Source of the DNA: Callorhinchus milii
Taxonomy: Eukaryota
NCBI RefSeq assembly: GCF_018977255.1
Contig: NW_024704743.1
Location: 23,748,001-23,812,000, forward strand
Length of the DNA stretch: 64,000 nt
Direction: 5' to 3'
The position numbers were made by a program, and so were the translations under genes. The notes below the pieces were generated by a model. It was given only the letters and a program-made list of their open reading frames with translations, was not told where the DNA came from and searched no databases. Positions 61,365 through 64,000 of this stretch are shown here, one piece after another. Position 1 is the stretch's first letter, and each line of letters begins with the position of its first letter.

Positions 61365-61730
61365 TCTGTGACTGACTCAGTAAATGTACAGCCTGGGACT
61401 GAGCCATGCAGATCAGGTGAATCCTATATTAAGTGCCTGCTGTGTGCTAAATTAGTTGAGTTCAGGTGGGGTGGAGTGCAGATGGAAGTTCTTGGATCAG
61501 CCTGCCTCAATTGGAAGTGTTCTCATTCTCGTGAGTCCGAAGGTTGTGGGTTCAAGCCCCATATCTGAATTTGAGTTCATATTTTACACTGCAGCTTTTC
61601 ATTACGAGCGTGCTGCATTGTTCCGGGTGCTATCATTTTGGATGATACATTAAGACTGAAGTCCTATCTGCCCTTTCCTGATGGATATTGCAGATCCAAT
61701 GCCACCATTTCGATAGAGAAAAGTGTTTCT
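61365..61730 (+). mobile_element. AmnSINE2-like fragment (61365-61500) followed by a Deu-domain SINE (61500-61730)
   Basis: gactgagccatgcagatcagg...tgtgctaaattagttga, then gagtccgaaggttgtgggttcaagccc...gtgctgcattgttccgggtgctatcattttggatga. Confidence 0.6.
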
Positions 61731-62373
61731 CAAATGCTACACAGTAATTGTTGTCAATTACAGTGACTCAGAGTAAAGTTGTCTCCCACAAAGAGGCAAT
61801 CTTATTGCAAAGCAGCTTCACAGACGTTGACATTAAGAATGTTATTGAAAAGGGAGGGTCTGTCTCTACCACATCTTAATTGATCGATTATGATTTTCTA
61901 AATTGGGGACAGACCAGACTCCACAATCTTTTGATTTGTCTATAATGGCATTTCACGTTAGAAATGAAAAGTTAGAATGAAAAGCCTTCAGTTGATGAAA
62001 ATGATAATAATAATAACCTTTGCCCCTATTGCATCATTAAAACAATTCAAAGTGCTTCACAGCATTTTATTGTATTTTACTGTATAGTGCATTGATGGTG
62101 TATTCTTAGGGCAAATCGCATCTTTGATAATTCTCTGATTGTTTGAAGCATAAAGCAAACTCCCAGTTTCCCTCAGTTCTGACCAAGTGCGCTGAGAGCA
62201 GCCATGTCAGCGCATGTCTTCTGTGGCAGAGGGCCATCGAGAATGACTGCAAGGAAACTGACTAATCTCAGAGCCACAACTTGTGTGACATGAGGAAATA
62301 CTTGCTGCATTCCATTGTTTCAAATTGATTGATGATTGTTCTTCAGAACTGTTTTCAGTGGTAATTTTCAGCG

Positions 62374-62652
62374 TAATAATAATAATCCTTGCTTCTAGAT
62401 GTCTCAAAGCACACAATATACCGTAAAGTGAATTGACTATATATTTGTGGGCGAAACACGGCAGCCAATTGCGCACAGCAGTGTCCCAGAAACAGTCGTA
62501 GATTGAAGTGACCAATTTATTATTGTTTTCTCTTGAGGAATTATTATCAGGCGTGTGGAGTAAGGAAACTTGCCCAAGGTATTAACCAGCCGGGAATTGA
62601 ACCCAGGTCCCTTTTGCAAGTCGAGTGCTCTAACCACTGAGCTACAGGACTC
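62374..62652 (-). mobile_element. tRNA-derived SINE, near full length
   Basis: Reverse head gagtgctctaaccactgagctacaggactc, body and (aat)n tail. Confidence 0.92.
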
Positions 62653-63039
62653 AACGTGCAAATGGCCAATGGGGAGGGGAAGAAGCAATAAAAACAAACG
62701 TTTGTGAAACCAAGATAAAAGAGTTAACTAGGGTAGAAAAAGACAAATGTTTTTAAATCTGCCAGATCACTGGGTTCCATTCCCCACTGCAGGTGCTCTG
62801 ATTGTTCAGTGCTGGCCACTGCTGGAACATCTGGTGCTTCTGCTATCTTTTGCCTGATTTCCAGCTGTGGAAGCAGGTGCTACCTATGATTTAAGGGCAG
62901 ATGATCCACAGCGACCATCAAACCCTGTTAAACCAAAAAAAAACACTCTATCATACTGCTCAGTTACTACCACACTGAGTTACCTTTCACCAGTTTTATA
63001 ACAACGACGACAAAATTACATTTGCAAAACTGACGTCAA

Positions 63040-63640
63040 TACACGCATTCATTACATCAAGGCTTGACTACGCAAACTCGCTGCTTGTCGGCCTCCCTAA
63101 CTCCTCCCCACTCCATAGGCTGCAGATCATCCGGAACCCTGCAGCCCGTGTCATCTCCCGCACTAGGCTCCGCGACCCTATCACCCCCATCCTTGCCCGA
63201 CTCCACTGGCTTCCCATCACACAGAGGATACAGTTCAAGATCCTGGTCCTCACCTTCAAAGCTCTCCAGCGTCTTGCTTCCCCCAACCTCTGCGACCTCC
63301 TAAACCCCTAACATCCTGCCCACTCCCTCCACTCAGCGAGCTCGGGCCTGCTTCACGTCCCCAGCCTTGCTTGCCTCACCATGCCACTTCTGCCACTCTG
63401 CCCCCACCCCCTGGAACTCCATCCCACTGTCCCTCCGTCATGCCCCCTCCCTTGCCTTCTTCAAGACCCATCTCAAGATCCTCCTCTTCGACTGTGCTTT
63501 TGATCACTCTGCTTCTCACCTCGCCCTCCACCCTCTCCAATCCCGACCCCCAGCTCAGGTCTGAAACTCTGACTGTCCAGCACCTTGGGACGTCCCACCG
63601 ATGTGAAAGGCGCTATACAAATGTAATTTTGTTGTTGTTG
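63040..63640 (+). mobile_element. L2 LINE 3' fragment (subfamily A)
   Basis: Encodes HAFITSRLDYANSLL...LHWLPI; tail gggacgtcccaccgatgtgaaaggcgctatacaaatgtaattt(tgt)n. Confidence 0.93.
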
Positions 63641-63734
63641 ACTTTTGGGCTGTATACCAGCAAGCTGGATGGGTCAAAGATATGGTTCTCATTCCTTCTA
63701 ATGATTCCTGGTAAAGTCCTGATGTACGTTTGTT

Positions 63735-64000
63735 GACCCCTATCAACTCATCTTCGCCGAACTCCACTGGCTTCCCATCACACCGAGGATACAGTTCAAG
63801 ATCCTGGTCCTCACCTTCAAAGCCCTCCATGGCCTTGCCCCCACCTACCTCTGCGACCTACTAACCCCCTACCATCCTGCCCACTCCCTTGGCTCAGTGG
63901 GCTCTGGCCTGCTTCACGTCTCCAGCCTTGCCTGCCCCATCATTGGTGAGCGGGCGGGCTTTCAGCTACTTTGCCCCCACCCTCTGGAACTCCATCCAAC
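63735..64000 (+). mobile_element. L2 LINE fragment running off the window end
   Basis: ctccactggcttcccatcacaccgaggatacagttcaagatcc (LHWLPITPRIQFKI). Confidence 0.9.

Noticed and set aside
54739..62250. Further plus-strand exon candidates (54739-54785 CEKLSPIVKVLTWIQ, ~58974-59029, ~62177 onward)
   Set aside because: Splice sites are weak or non-canonical, no consistent phase chain links them to the earlier exons, and no homology is recognisable.

Overview
This is eukaryotic, vertebrate-type, mostly intronic DNA with about 40% GC; there are no prokaryote-style genes, rRNA, true tRNA genes or CRISPR arrays. The repeat content points to a cartilaginous fish, possibly a holocephalan such as the elephant shark (inference from recalled repeat consensuses). 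Retroelements dominate: two L2 LINE subfamilies with different 3' tails, many CR1 LINE 3' fragments, a young tRNA(Ala)-headed SINE sharing its 3' stem-loop tail with one L2 subfamily, and older Deu-domain, AmnSINE2-like and LF-SINE-like SINEs. Nearly all long ORFs in the track are L2 ORF2 remnants or their antisense shadows. In the unique sequence, three short phase-compatible + strand exons (2246-2285, 10293-10360, 16811-~16880) suggest a large-intron host gene I cannot name. A chain of - strand exons (26923-26855, 24369-24309, 23478-23465 plus AATAAA) splices into a 33-aa ORF starting MGNGAA, a candidate antisense micropeptide gene. A CpG-rich segment at ~41980-42144 is homologous to the left end of a hAT-like MITE at 18631-19259 and carries a splice donor, so it may be a transposon-derived promoter/first exon. 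A nested L2 at 56600-58845 appears to keep its 5' end with YY1 motifs. All gene models are sequence-only predictions, and family names come from memory, not a database search.
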